A DNA stretch of 64,000 bases. Source: Clostridia bacterium. Its GTDB lineage: Bacteria; Bacillota; Clostridia; Lachnospirales; Lachnospiraceae. Positions 50,075 through 60,728 of this stretch are shown here, piece after piece. The stretch is taken from positions 46,948-110,947 of the forward strand of contig QKAS01000053.1 in NCBI GenBank assembly GCA_003246295.1, given 5' to 3'. Position numbers and translations under genes: made by a program. The notes under the pieces are model-generated. The model ran no database searches. It was not told where the DNA came from and worked only from the letters and a program-made list of their open reading frames with translations. How positions within the stretch are numbered: the stretch's first letter is position 1; every line of letters starts with the position of its first letter.

Positions 50075-51655
50075 GTGGATAATAAGATATTAGATGGAAT
50101 CAATCTATTATATCAGCGAGGAATAACATCAAGAGAAGAATTACTTGTAGAATTCTTGCGAGTAAAGATGACTCAAAAGTTTGTAAAAAAGAATACGAGT
50201 GTTGATGTTCTTTTTTCTAAGATGAAAGAAGTGACAGAGCCAGAGCTAGGAATATACAATGCTGACCGCATGGACTTTCAGAATATGTTTGCTGCATTTG
50301 CAGATGCAAGTGCTATAGAATTTGTTACTCATATTTATAAAGAGGATAGAGGCGGAAGTGTCGTTAGTCCTAAATGCTTGACAGACTATATCGGAGCAAG
50401 AATTCAGCAGATAAGTCCGAAGAATGTTTTAATAACAGAAGCGGAAAAGCATTTACATGGTTTGAAAGAATTAGTGGATGTATGTGCGGGTAATGTTACG
50501 CTTACAAGTCAAAATAAAATGTTTTATCTATTGCTACAGATGATATTTGAAGGTCAGGCTAATGTTACAGTTAGACATATTTCGATTTATACAGATTTAC
50601 TTGTGGAAGATAGGTATGATTATATATTTTGTTTGCCGATTTTTGGATGTAAAATTAATGATGTGGCAGATATCTTCTTTACAAGAGATTCTGATGGAAT
50701 TGCATTACAGAATTTGCTTCAGTATTTAAGTGAAGATGGAAGTATAGATTATATTTCTCCAGCGAAATTATTATTCTCAGGAATGGGATTTGATAAACTT
50801 AGAAAGTTAGTCGAAGAAAGTTATTGGTTGGAAGAGCTGGTCATTTTACCAGATGGACTATTTAGACCATGGACGGCAATAAAGACCTATCTTATTTCAA
50901 TAAGTAAAACAAAGAGGGATAATATTTTAATTGGTTCATTAGAAATCAAAAAAGATTGTTTTCAATTTGAAGAGAAAAGAGATATATCCAGTATAGAGTT
51001 CAATAATCATGAAGATTGGAGAATTGAACTGCTTTTATCAGATGAGAATGAGTGCTTACAACAGTTTAAAACATCAGAGATTCCGAAGAAAAAACTAAAA
51101 GATTTGGCAGAGATTTTTCGAGGAAAGTCTATTCTAAAGAAGGATGCCATGGTTGGGGATATAGCTGTTTTGAATATTAGTAATATTGAAGATGGAGAAA
51201 TCAACTATGATGATCTTGAGACAATCCGAGAAGAAGAGCGTAAGATTAAGCGATATGAACTTTTTCAAGGAGATGTTGTTTTATCCTGTAGAGGAACAGC
51301 AATGAAGACGGCTGTTTTTGAGAAGCAGGAACAAATTGTGATTGCTTCTTCAAATATTATTGTCATCAGACCAGGTAAAGAAATATTGGGAGAATACATT
51401 AAGATATTCTTTGATACTCCAGTTGGAAATATGATGATAAAGAGCTTTCAAAGAGGAAGCACTGTGATGAATATCAATCATACGGATATTATGGAAATGG
51501 AAGTACCATTGCTTCCTTTAGAAAAGCAAGAAGAGATGGTAAGTACTTATAATGAGGAACTGAAAAAATATAAACAGACCGTTTTAGAAGCAGAAAAAAA
51601 GCTAGAGCAAACAAAAAATCAAATATATAAAGTGATACAGGGAGGAAATATATAA
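50075..51655 (+). CDS. Degenerate N6-MTase-like domain fused to a single HsdS target-recognition domain
   Basis: MTase scaffold with altered motifs I and IV. C-terminal TRD (LKDLAEIFRG...GDVVLSCRGT...PLEKQEEMV). GTG start after GGAGG. Confidence 0.75.
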   Translation: MDNKILDGINLLYQRGITSREELLVEFLRVKMTQKFVKKNTSVDVLFSKMKEVTEPELGIYNADRMDFQNMFAAFADASAIEFVTHIYKEDRGGSVVSPKCLTDYIGARIQQISPKNVLITEAEKHLHGLKELVDVCAGNVTLTSQNKMFYLLLQMIFEGQANVTVRHISIYTDLLVEDRYDYIFCLPIFGCKINDVADIFFTRDSDGIALQNLLQYLSEDGSIDYISPAKLLFSGMGFDKLRKLVEESYWLEELVILPDGLFRPWTAIKTYLISISKTKRDNILIGSLEIKKDCFQFEEKRDISSIEFNNHEDWRIELLLSDENECLQQFKTSEIPKKKLKDLAEIFRGKSILKKDAMVGDIAVLNISNIEDGEINYDDLETIREEERKIKRYELFQGDVVLSCRGTAMKTAVFEKQEQIVIASSNIIVIRPGKEILGEYIKIFFDTPVGNMMIKSFQRGSTVMNINHTDIMEMEVPLLPLEKQEEMVSTYNEELKKYKQTVLEAEKKLEQTKNQIYKVIQGGNI

Positions 51656-53157
51656 TGGCAGATGTTACATTAGGATTTGAAAATCAGTTGTGGGATATGG
51701 CAGATAAAATGAGAGGAAGAATGGGTGTTAAAGATACAGAATACGGAAATGTTGTGTTAGGTCTCATTTTCTTGAAATATATCTCTGACAGTTTCGAAGA
51801 AAGATATAATGAGCTTCTAGAAGAAGGAGATGGATTTGAAGAAGACAGAGATGCCTATGCAGAAACGAATGTGTTTTTTGTTCCGCCTTCAGCAAGATGG
51901 GATTTTATTAAAAAGAGTGCAAAATTACCGACTATTGGACAGATCATTGACGATGCAATGATTGCGATAGAGCGAGAAAATAAAACATTAAAGGGAGTTT
52001 TACCTAAAACTTATGCAAGGCAAGAACTTAATAAGCAAGTGTTGGGAGAACTGGTTGATTTGTTTTCTTTTAATCTTGGAAGCAAGGAAGCAAAAGCGCA
52101 GGATATCCTAGGTAGAGTCTATGAATACTTTCTAGGAAACTTTGGTTCTACGGAAGGGGAATATTATACTCCACCATCAATTGTTCAGTTGTTAGTAGAA
52201 ATGATTGAGCCATATGAAGGGCGTGTCTACGATCCCTGCTGTGGAAGCGGTGGTATGTTTGTACAATCTGCAAAATTTGTAAAGGCTCATGAAGGAAAGG
52301 TAGATAATATCCATATTCACGGGCAAGAATCTATATCTGAAACCTGGAGACTTTGTAAAATGAATCTAGCCATTCGTGGTATTGATGGAAATCTTGGGCA
52401 GGAAAATGCAGACACCTTTGGGAATGATCAACATAAAGGACTAAAAGCTGATTATATTTTGGCAAATCCACCATTTAATATCAAGGACTGGGGAGCATCA
52501 AAGCTTACAGATGATGTGCGTTGGAAATATGGAATGCCACCAGAGGGAAATGCAAACTACGCATGGATAGAGCATATTATTAGTAAATTGTCACCACGTG
52601 GAACGGCAGGATTTGTACTTGCAAATGGATCTATGAGTACTGCGCAGAAGCAAGAAGTAGAAATTCGTAAAAATATTATCGAAGAAGGTAAATTGGTGGA
52701 TTGTATTGTTGCACTACCTTCAAATCTATTTTATAACGTGACTATACCAGTTTGTCTGTGGTTCCTATCAAGAAAAAGAGATAATCGTAAAGATAAAATA
52801 CTGTTTATTGATGCAAGAAAAATGGGTGTTATGGAAACCAGAAAACATAGAATTCTCGAAAATGAGGAGATCCAAAAGATTTGTTCGACATATCATTATT
52901 GGAGAGATGGAAAAGAAGAATATAAGGATGAACAAGGATTTTGTAAATCCGCTAGCTTGGAAGATGTTAGAAATACAGGAGATTATATTCTTACTCCAGG
53001 TAGGTATGTTGGCATTGAAGAGCAAGAAGAAGATGGGGAAGTTTTTGAAGTAAAAATGGGAAATTTAAAAACTGAACTATTTAGCTTGTTTCAGAAAAGT
53101 CATGAATTGGAAAAGGAAATAAAATTAAGATTAGAGGCACTAAAGAATGAAGGGTAA
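51655..53157 (+). CDS. hsdM: Type I R-M methyltransferase subunit
   Basis: LW.MADKMRG, GEYYTP, DPCCGSGG (motif I) and NPPF (motif IV, m6A). Confidence 0.95.
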   Translation: MADVTLGFENQLWDMADKMRGRMGVKDTEYGNVVLGLIFLKYISDSFEERYNELLEEGDGFEEDRDAYAETNVFFVPPSARWDFIKKSAKLPTIGQIIDDAMIAIERENKTLKGVLPKTYARQELNKQVLGELVDLFSFNLGSKEAKAQDILGRVYEYFLGNFGSTEGEYYTPPSIVQLLVEMIEPYEGRVYDPCCGSGGMFVQSAKFVKAHEGKVDNIHIHGQESISETWRLCKMNLAIRGIDGNLGQENADTFGNDQHKGLKADYILANPPFNIKDWGASKLTDDVRWKYGMPPEGNANYAWIEHIISKLSPRGTAGFVLANGSMSTAQKQEVEIRKNIIEEGKLVDCIVALPSNLFYNVTIPVCLWFLSRKRDNRKDKILFIDARKMGVMETRKHRILENEEIQKICSTYHYWRDGKEEYKDEQGFCKSASLEDVRNTGDYILTPGRYVGIEEQEEDGEVFEVKMGNLKTELFSLFQKSHELEKEIKLRLEALKNEG

Positions 53158-54079
53158 CATTAATATTGTATTTGATACAAATTCAATTAAAAAAATTAAT
53201 GATATAGATTATAATTTGTTTGAATTTAATAAAACATTTTTAATAACTGATGCATTTATTACTGGAAATAATATAGAAAATATTCATCTATATATTCCGC
53301 AGATATGTATTGAAGAGCTTTTAATTCAGTATGCAGAAGAATACAAATCTTGCAAAGATATTGTGGATAAGCAATTTGATGAATTAATAGTTGAAACAAG
53401 TAAATTAGGTTGGGATTTGACAATTAGCAAAAATGATGATTTGAATTTTAATGATTATCACAAAAAAATGAAATTATTTTCCGATGAATATATTGAGAAG
53501 TATCAAAATTTAAAAATAATAAATAATTGCAGTGAAAAAAAATTCTCAGAAGTAATCAATAGAGCAATGTTTCGAAAAAAGCCCTTTTTTTCTGGGAGAT
53601 ATAGACAGAAGGATTTTAGCGATGCAGGCTTTAAAGATGTTATTTTTTTAGAAAGTATTAAAGAATATTTTCAAAATCACAATGAAGAAATTATTATTAT
53701 TACTGGTGATGAGATGCTTCTAAGCATAAATACTTTTAAAGAATTCAACTCTGAAAAAGTTCAAATATTGAAATTTGAAAAGGGGGATGAGTTAAAAGAG
53801 TATTTGTGTCAAAAATTAGACATAGTAGATTTATCGGAACAGTATTTGTTTTGTAAGGATCAATATTTCATAGAAAATATTGAAAAAGTATTAAATTGTA
53901 AGATAATAAATTCTGCTATTAATATTGATAAAAAAGAGGAAGATTATATTTTTTATGAAGTTGAGTGCTTGATAGAGAGAAATGAATCGAGAGAAAATAT
54001 ATATGTGCGATTAGATGAGGTTTTTAATTTTGATGAAATATTATCTAAGGATACCGGTGAATCAATACATATTTGGTAG
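53147..54079 (+). CDS. PIN-domain protein (DUF4935/PIN_8-like)
   Basis: VFDTN, P...IEEL, KKPF, GFKD..FLES and ITGD acidic PIN motifs. Confidence 0.8.
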   Translation: MKGNINIVFDTNSIKKINDIDYNLFEFNKTFLITDAFITGNNIENIHLYIPQICIEELLIQYAEEYKSCKDIVDKQFDELIVETSKLGWDLTISKNDDLNFNDYHKKMKLFSDEYIEKYQNLKIINNCSEKKFSEVINRAMFRKKPFFSGRYRQKDFSDAGFKDVIFLESIKEYFQNHNEEIIIITGDEMLLSINTFKEFNSEKVQILKFEKGDELKEYLCQKLDIVDLSEQYLFCKDQYFIENIEKVLNCKIINSAINIDKKEEDYIFYEVECLIERNESRENIYVRLDEVFNFDEILSKDTGESIHIW

Positions 54080-54094
54080 AGAGGTGGAGAAAGA

Positions 54095-55264
54095 ATGCAA
54101 AATAGTGAAAAAGTAAAGCTTATGGATATCTGCACTATAAAATATGGAAAAGATCATAAGAAATTGGGCGAAGGAAATATTCCCGCATATGGGACTGGTG
54201 GAATATTTAGATATGTAGATCAATCAATTCATGATAAAAAATCAGTTTTAATTCCCAGAAAAGGAACTTTAACAAATTTATTTCTAGTTAATCCACCATT
54301 TTGGACTGTTGATACATTATTTTGGACAGATATTGATTTGAACTTAGTGGATCCAGACTATCTTTATTATAATCTAAAGATGAAAAATTTGGGAGATTTA
54401 AATGTTGGGACTGCAGTACCAAGCTTAACAACATCAATTCTAAATGAAGTAGAAATAGATTTACCTTCTTTATTAAATCAGAAGGAAATTGCGAAAACAT
54501 TAATATGTTTGGATAATAAGATTGAGGTAAATAAAAAAATTAACTATAATTTACTGCAACAAGCACAGTGCTTATTTAATTCATGGTTTGTTGAATTCGA
54601 ACCATTTGGCGGAATTGCTCCAGATAATTGGATACCAATGTTGTTGAAGGATGTTGTTGATTTTTCGAATGGATATGCATTTAGAAGTAAAGAACTTTTG
54701 ACTGCTCCTGAAGGAGAGTGTTACCATGTTTTTAAGCAGGGGCATATTAATCGTGGCGGAGGTTTTATTCCAACAGGAACAAAAAGCTGGTATCCAAGAT
54801 CAAGCACATTGAGTTTGCAAAAATATGTTTTACAAAAGGGCGATATATTAATGGCTATGACTGATATGAAAGACAATGTTGCGATACTTGGCAATACAGC
54901 TATCATGGGAGTAAATGACCAATATATAGTAAATCAACGCGTAGGTATTTTACGATGTAATGGAAAATTTGGTATTTCATATCCGTATATTTCTTTACTC
55001 ACAAATAGTAATGATTTCTTACAAGATTTACGTAGCAGAGCCAATAGTGGTGTGCAGGTCAATTTATCATCAAATGAAATTAAGGGCTCAAAAGTACTAG
55101 TTGCTCCTTCAAATATTAATATAAAATTCAATAATATTGTAGGTCCTCTTTTTGAAATGATGATTCAAAATGACCTTGAAAATTTACGATTGTCTGAGAT
55201 TAGGGACGTATTACTACCAAAGCTGATGACAGGAGAACTCAATATTTCAGAAATCAAGGTTTAG
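54095..55264 (+). CDS. hsdS: Type I R-M specificity subunit (two TRDs)
   Basis: TRD1, conserved helix QKEIA..L..LDNKIE.N..IN.NL, TRD2, and RDVLLPKLMTGE. Confidence 0.93.
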   Translation: MQNSEKVKLMDICTIKYGKDHKKLGEGNIPAYGTGGIFRYVDQSIHDKKSVLIPRKGTLTNLFLVNPPFWTVDTLFWTDIDLNLVDPDYLYYNLKMKNLGDLNVGTAVPSLTTSILNEVEIDLPSLLNQKEIAKTLICLDNKIEVNKKINYNLLQQAQCLFNSWFVEFEPFGGIAPDNWIPMLLKDVVDFSNGYAFRSKELLTAPEGECYHVFKQGHINRGGGFIPTGTKSWYPRSSTLSLQKYVLQKGDILMAMTDMKDNVAILGNTAIMGVNDQYIVNQRVGILRCNGKFGISYPYISLLTNSNDFLQDLRSRANSGVQVNLSSNEIKGSKVLVAPSNINIKFNNIVGPLFEMMIQNDLENLRLSEIRDVLLPKLMTGELNISEIKV

Positions 55265-55314
55265 GGAACTAAATAATCGTTTAACTAAATATACATTTTG
55301 AAAGAAGGTTACGT

Positions 55315-56127
55315 ATGAAAATTCCAATATCGGATGCAATTATCATTGCTATATCTAACTTAATAGATGATGCACAAATTGAAACTAGGAAGCCAAGTCA
55401 TTATGATTTAGAAGAAGAGATAGTAAAATCTCGACTTCAAGGTGTTGATCCAAACAAGCAGGGAAAAAGTTTTGGTAAAGCAAAACGAATAAAAAGTATA
55501 CTATCTTGGGCAATAGAAAATGATAATGAGGCAGGTAGTAAGTTAGTTGAAAATATTATTAATTTGATACGTGGCAACGGCGGGTTCAGAGAAGATTCAC
55601 CTAACTATGTTGGTGAACATGCAATTGCTAATGCAATTGATGCATTTCAAGTCGAAGGAATTGCCATGGGAAGTGATGGTGTTTTGCTTCCACTTGTTAT
55701 TGATAATTTATCAGCGCTTGAGCAGAAGACAGCATTGATGGCATATGTGAATAGAGCAAGAAGAGGAGCTGAAGATGCTGCGCTTTTGGCAGGGACAAGT
55801 AAGGATTTATTAGAAGCAGTGGCAGCATATGTTTTGACGGAGAAATTTGGAGAATATTCAATAAGAGATAATTTTCCGACGTTATTGGGACAAGCATTTA
55901 TTTCCTTGGGGTTAGCAACACCACAGAATAAAAAAGTTGCTGGAGAACCAGTTCAAAAAGATTTGGAGCGGTCTATGTATGAAAGTGCATGTTCGATAAA
56001 TAAATTAAGAAACAAACAAGGAACGGGGCATGGGCATCCTTTTGTAACTACTTTGTCGAAGGAAGAAGGTAAGGTTGTAATCTCTATTATGGGAGCAATT
56101 GCAGAATATATGTTAGCGAAATTGTAA
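55315..56127 (+). CDS. Abortive-infection family protein (Abi_C-like C-terminus)
   Basis: SKDLLEA..AYVL and INKLRNKQGTGHG (HEPN-like RN..G.GHG) motifs. Confidence 0.7.
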   Translation: MKIPISDAIIIAISNLIDDAQIETRKPSHYDLEEEIVKSRLQGVDPNKQGKSFGKAKRIKSILSWAIENDNEAGSKLVENIINLIRGNGGFREDSPNYVGEHAIANAIDAFQVEGIAMGSDGVLLPLVIDNLSALEQKTALMAYVNRARRGAEDAALLAGTSKDLLEAVAAYVLTEKFGEYSIRDNFPTLLGQAFISLGLATPQNKKVAGEPVQKDLERSMYESACSINKLRNKQGTGHGHPFVTTLSKEEGKVVISIMGAIAEYMLAKL

Positions 56128-56140
56128 AGGAGGGGTTTGA

Positions 56141-59100
56141 GTGAAAAATAATTTCTGTGAATCACATCTAGAAGAAGCAACACTGGAATGGTTCCAAGAG
56201 CTTGGTTACGATACCGTTTTTGGACCAGAGATTTCACCGGAAGGAGATTATCCAGAACGTGAAGATTACAGTGAAGTTATTCTAGCAGAACGTGTAAGAC
56301 AAGCAATATCAGATTTTAATCCAGAGTTACCGGAAGAAGCGATTGAGGAAGCATATCGAAAGATAGCAGTGCCACAGAGTCCTTCTATGGTCATGAATAA
56401 TAAAACATTTCAAAAAATGATTACTGATGGAATAGAAGTATCTTATCGTCAAAACGACGGGACGATTCGTCATGTTTTAGCCAGAGTATTTGACTTTATA
56501 CACTGGGATAGAAATGATTTTCTAGCAGTGAATCAGTTTACTATTATTGAAAGTCGAATTGAGAAGAGACCTGATGTTGTTGTATTTGTAAATGGTATTC
56601 CGCTTGTAGTCATTGAGTTAAAGAGTGCGATTAATGAGGATGTGGATATTTCAGATGCCTATAATCAATTACAGACATACAAGATGTCAATTCCATCCAT
56701 GTTTACATACAATTCCTTTATGGTTATATCTGATGGAATTAACGCAAGAGCGGGTACGATTACTTCTGATGAAGAACGCTTTATGGCATGGAGAACAATT
56801 GATGGTGATGGTGTTGCTCCTTTGTCTATACCCCAGTTGGAAGTTTTGATAAAAGGGATGTTCGAAAGAGAACGATTCCTTGATATTATCAAACAGTTTG
56901 TACTATTTCAGACAGATGGAAAAGATACCTACAAGATTCTTGCAGGATATCACCAGTATCATGCGGTAAATAAAGCAGTAGAAAGCACTGTAAGAGCTAC
57001 CTCTCAAAAAGGAGATAGACGAATCGGTGTTGTATGGCATACCCAGGGAAGTGGAAAAAGTCTGTCCATGGCATTTTATGCTGGAAAACTTGTTATTAGT
57101 GAAGAACTGGAAAATCCAACGATTGTAGTGATTACCGATAGAAATGATTTAGATGACCAACTATTCTCGACCTTTGCGAAATGCAAAGATCTTCTTCGTG
57201 GAGAGCCAATACATGCAACAGACAGAGTGCATTTAAGGGAATTACTGAATAACCGTACTAGTGGTGGAATTATTTTTACCACAATTCAAAAATTTGCTCC
57301 TGAGAAAAAAACAAATAAGGGAGAAAATATTTTAACAGATGCTGGAGCTTATGTTTCAGAACCTTATGAATATAGTATAGCTGCTGAATCATCAGGAGAA
57401 TACAATACAGAGCCAGTTGTCCTGACCGAACGTCATAATGTCATCGTTATGGCAGACGAAGCTCACAGAAGCCAATATGGTTTTGGTGCTGACGTAATAG
57501 AAGATGAAGATGGAGCTGATGTAAAATATGGATACGCAAAACATATGCGTGCTGCATTGCCTAATGCTTCTTATATTGGATTTACCGGAACACCAATTTC
57601 ATTAACAGATAAAAATACAACAGCTGTTTTTGGTGATTATATTGACGTTTATGATATGACTCGTGCAGTAGAAGATGGAACAACAGTTAAGATTTTCTAT
57701 GAAAGCAGAATCGCTAAGCTTGAATTACCAGAGAATCTAAAACCTACAATTGATAGTGAATACGAAGATATCACAGAATATCAAGAAGAAACCCAGAGAG
57801 AGAAACTAAAGAGTAAATGGTCTCGTTTAGAAGCCATTGTAGGATCGCAAGAACGAGTTGGGCTGATTGCGAAAGATATTGTAGAACATTTTGAAAAGAG
57901 ACAAGCTGCACAGGAAGTTGCTGGTGGCAAAGCTATGGTTGTGTCTATGAGCCGTAGAATCGCCATTGACTTATATAATGAAATTATAGCGCTGCGTCCT
58001 GACTGGCACAGTGATGATTTGATGAGTGGTAAGATTAAAGTAGTTATGACGGGGTCATCCTCTGATCCAGTTGAATGGCAGAAGTTTATTGGAACAAAGT
58101 CTACAAGAGAAACACTTGCAAAACGTATGAAAGATGTAAAGGATGAATTACAGCTTGTTATTGTAAGAGACATGTGGCTTACTGGATTTGACGTTCCTAG
58201 CATGCATACTATGTATATTGATAAACCAATGCAGGGTCATAACTTAATGCAGGCAATTGCCCGTGTAAACCGTGTCTTTAAGGAAAAACAGGGTGGACTT
58301 GTTGTTGATTATATTGGGATAGCAGAAAACTTAAAAGATGCTTTGGCTCAATATACAGAAAGTGATAGAAAAACAACCGGTGTTGATACAGAAATGGCAG
58401 CATCTATCATGCTAGAGAAACTGGAATTGATAAAAGAATTATTGCATGAACATGACTACTCAAAATTCTTTACCGGAACGCCTAAAGATAAAATGCAGGC
58501 AATCATTGAAACCATGGATTTCGTTATTGGTCTACGTGAGGATGGCAAAAAAGAATATATGAAATATGTAACGGAATTATCCAGAGCATTTTCTTTATGT
58601 GCAACAACAGATGCTGCACAAACTATTAATGATGAAATAAGTTTCCACAAGGCTGTGAAGGTTTCTTTAATTAAGATGATTGAAGATACCAAGAAAAAGA
58701 AAACAGTTTCTCAGCTGGATAGTGAATTGAATCAGTTGGTATCAAAATCAATTTCATCAAATGAAGTAATCGATATATTTAGCGAAGTTGGTCTGAATAA
58801 GCCTAACATAGCGTTATTATCTGAGGAATTCTTGGAAGAAGTAAGGGGAATGAAGCAGAAAAATCTTGCGGTAGAGTTGTTAGAGCGTTTGCTAAAAGGA
58901 ACCATAAAGACATTTTCAAGGAGAAACCTTGTACAATCAAAGAAATTCTCAGAACTCCTTGAACAGTCTATTCATAAATATCAAAACCGTGCTATTGAAA
59001 CAACGCAGATAATAATGGAATTGATAGAACTTGCGAAGCAGATAACAGAAGCTGAAAAACGTGGAAAAGCATCAGGACTAACTGATGATGAATTAGCTTT

Positions 59101-59362
59101 CTATGATGCACTTGCAGACAATGAGTCGGCAAAAGAGATCATGGGCGATGACATTTTGAAACAGATTGCAAGAGATCTGACTTCTGCTATTAAAGGAAGC
59201 GTAACCGTTGACTGGTCAATCCGTGACAGCGTTCAGGCTAAGATGAAGATGGTAGTAAAACGATTGCTTAAGAAATATGGTTATCCACCTGATAAGCAGG
59301 AAAAAGCTGTTGAAATCGTAATGGAACAGACAAAACTTATGTGTGAGAATGAGGTGAATTAG
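56141..59362 (+). CDS. hsdR: Type I R-M restriction subunit
   Basis: RPDVV...IELK nuclease motif, [24 protein letters not shown] and QAIARVNR. Confidence 0.95.
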   Translation: MKNNFCESHLEEATLEWFQELGYDTVFGPEISPEGDYPEREDYSEVILAERVRQAISDFNPELPEEAIEEAYRKIAVPQSPSMVMNNKTFQKMITDGIEVSYRQNDGTIRHVLARVFDFIHWDRNDFLAVNQFTIIESRIEKRPDVVVFVNGIPLVVIELKSAINEDVDISDAYNQLQTYKMSIPSMFTYNSFMVISDGINARAGTITSDEERFMAWRTIDGDGVAPLSIPQLEVLIKGMFERERFLDIIKQFVLFQTDGKDTYKILAGYHQYHAVNKAVESTVRATSQKGDRRIGVVWHTQGSGKSLSMAFYAGKLVISEELENPTIVVITDRNDLDDQLFSTFAKCKDLLRGEPIHATDRVHLRELLNNRTSGGIIFTTIQKFAPEKKTNKGENILTDAGAYVSEPYEYSIAAESSGEYNTEPVVLTERHNVIVMADEAHRSQYGFGADVIEDEDGADVKYGYAKHMRAALPNASYIGFTGTPISLTDKNTTAVFGDYIDVYDMTRAVEDGTTVKIFYESRIAKLELPENLKPTIDSEYEDITEYQEETQREKLKSKWSRLEAIVGSQERVGLIAKDIVEHFEKRQAAQEVAGGKAMVVSMSRRIAIDLYNEIIALRPDWHSDDLMSGKIKVVMTGSSSDPVEWQKFIGTKSTRETLAKRMKDVKDELQLVIVRDMWLTGFDVPSMHTMYIDKPMQGHNLMQAIARVNRVFKEKQGGLVVDYIGIAENLKDALAQYTESDRKTTGVDTEMAASIMLEKLELIKELLHEHDYSKFFTGTPKDKMQAIIETMDFVIGLREDGKKEYMKYVTELSRAFSLCATTDAAQTINDEISFHKAVKVSLIKMIEDTKKKKTVSQLDSELNQLVSKSISSNEVIDIFSEVGLNKPNIALLSEEFLEEVRGMKQKNLAVELLERLLKGTIKTFSRRNLVQSKKFSELLEQSIHKYQNRAIETTQIIMELIELAKQITEAEKRGKASGLTDDELAFYDALADNESAKEIMGDDILKQIARDLTSAIKGSVTVDWSIRDSVQAKMKMVVKRLLKKYGYPPDKQEKAVEIVMEQTKLMCENEVN

Positions 59363-59367
59363 AATAT

Positions 59368-60720
59368 ATGAAACGTGTAGGAATGGGAAGTAGTAATCAA
59401 GAAATAGTTGAAGCACTGTCTCAAAATCTTGGTAACAGGAATGAAAATTTAGCAAGTTTTCTTACAATGCTTGATTATATTGACGGAAACTTTTCGATTG
59501 CTATTGATGGGAAATGGGGAAGTGGCAAGACTGTTTTTGTTAAACAAATTATTATGCTACTCAACTATTACAATAGTTTTTCAAATATCAAGCCATTAGG
59601 ATTACAAGCGGTCATTGAGAATAGAGGACTTAAATTGCATGACATTGTTTTACAAAATAATTTCGTGCCAGTTTACTTCAATGCATGGGATAATGATGAA
59701 CAAGATGATCCTACACTTTCTTTAATATTCTCAATAATTCAAGAGTATAACGGGTTCTCTAATGATACTAAGATTAAAAAAAGCATTGTAGAGAAAATAG
59801 CTGCTATTGTGGATGCAATTACACCGTGGAATAGTGGAAGCTTTTCTAAATTAGCTGAAACCTTTCAAGGAGATGATATCTTATTGCCGATTAAAAATCT
59901 TGAAAAAGCAAAAGAAATTGTCATGCTTTTGCTAGATGAGTTACTGGTTGAAAAGGGTGACAAATTGGTTATATTTATTGATGAACTTGATAGATGTAAT
60001 CCCATTTATGCAGTAAAGTTGTTAGAAAAGATTAAACATTTATTTGATGATGAGAGATTTATTTTTGTATTTTCAACTAACTTAGAACAATTGTCATTTG
60101 TAATTCAGAATTATTATGGCAGTAATTTTGCATCATATAGATATTTGGAAAAAATATTTGATGTAATGTTTATGATGAATGAAATCTCTATAGCAGATTA
60201 TATGAAATTGCAAGGAATTCCAAATGATTCTTATCATTTCCATTCAATATGCCATTATATGGCAAAACACTATTCATTTTCAATGAGAGAATGTAATAGA
60301 TATATACAGCAAATAAAGCTAGTATATGAGTATGCTATGAAACAAAGAAGTGGATTTTCGGATACTAATGGATATAATTTTACATTAATATTCTTTTTAC
60401 CAGTTCTGATAGCGGTGAAAATGCGAGATGTCATTGAATTTGTTAAAATTATTGATGGAAAAGGAAAAGATGTCTTTATACAGATATTGTGTAACGATGA
60501 TGAAGTAACTAAAAGAATAAAGAGATATTTACGTACAGGTGATCAAGTGAATATTTCGGATGATGAATATATTTTGCAAATGGGCGAGATATATGATGTT
60601 ATTTTTAATAATCTCGGATCTTCTGAATATCATGGTTCAAACATTGAATTGGATAGAAATGCAAAAAAATATCTAATGGATGTAGTTTCGCTGTTAAACA
60701 GAAAATTAAATTATGAATAG
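59368..60720 (+). CDS. KAP-family P-loop NTPase (soluble)
   Basis: IAIDGKWGSGKT, YFNAW, FIDELDRC.P and YLEKIFD motifs. Confidence 0.88.
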   Translation: MKRVGMGSSNQEIVEALSQNLGNRNENLASFLTMLDYIDGNFSIAIDGKWGSGKTVFVKQIIMLLNYYNSFSNIKPLGLQAVIENRGLKLHDIVLQNNFVPVYFNAWDNDEQDDPTLSLIFSIIQEYNGFSNDTKIKKSIVEKIAAIVDAITPWNSGSFSKLAETFQGDDILLPIKNLEKAKEIVMLLLDELLVEKGDKLVIFIDELDRCNPIYAVKLLEKIKHLFDDERFIFVFSTNLEQLSFVIQNYYGSNFASYRYLEKIFDVMFMMNEISIADYMKLQGIPNDSYHFHSICHYMAKHYSFSMRECNRYIQQIKLVYEYAMKQRSGFSDTNGYNFTLIFFLPVLIAVKMRDVIEFVKIIDGKGKDVFIQILCNDDEVTKRIKRYLRTGDQVNISDDEYILQMGEIYDVIFNNLGSSEYHGSNIELDRNAKKYLMDVVSLLNRKLNYE

Positions 60721-60728
60721 GAGAAATG

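Noticed and set aside
50075..51655. Calling the MTase-TRD fusion a pseudogene or a Type IIG enzyme
   Set aside because: The ORF is uninterrupted with promoter, RBS and coupling to hsdM, and no N-terminal PD-(D/E)xK nuclease motif is evident.
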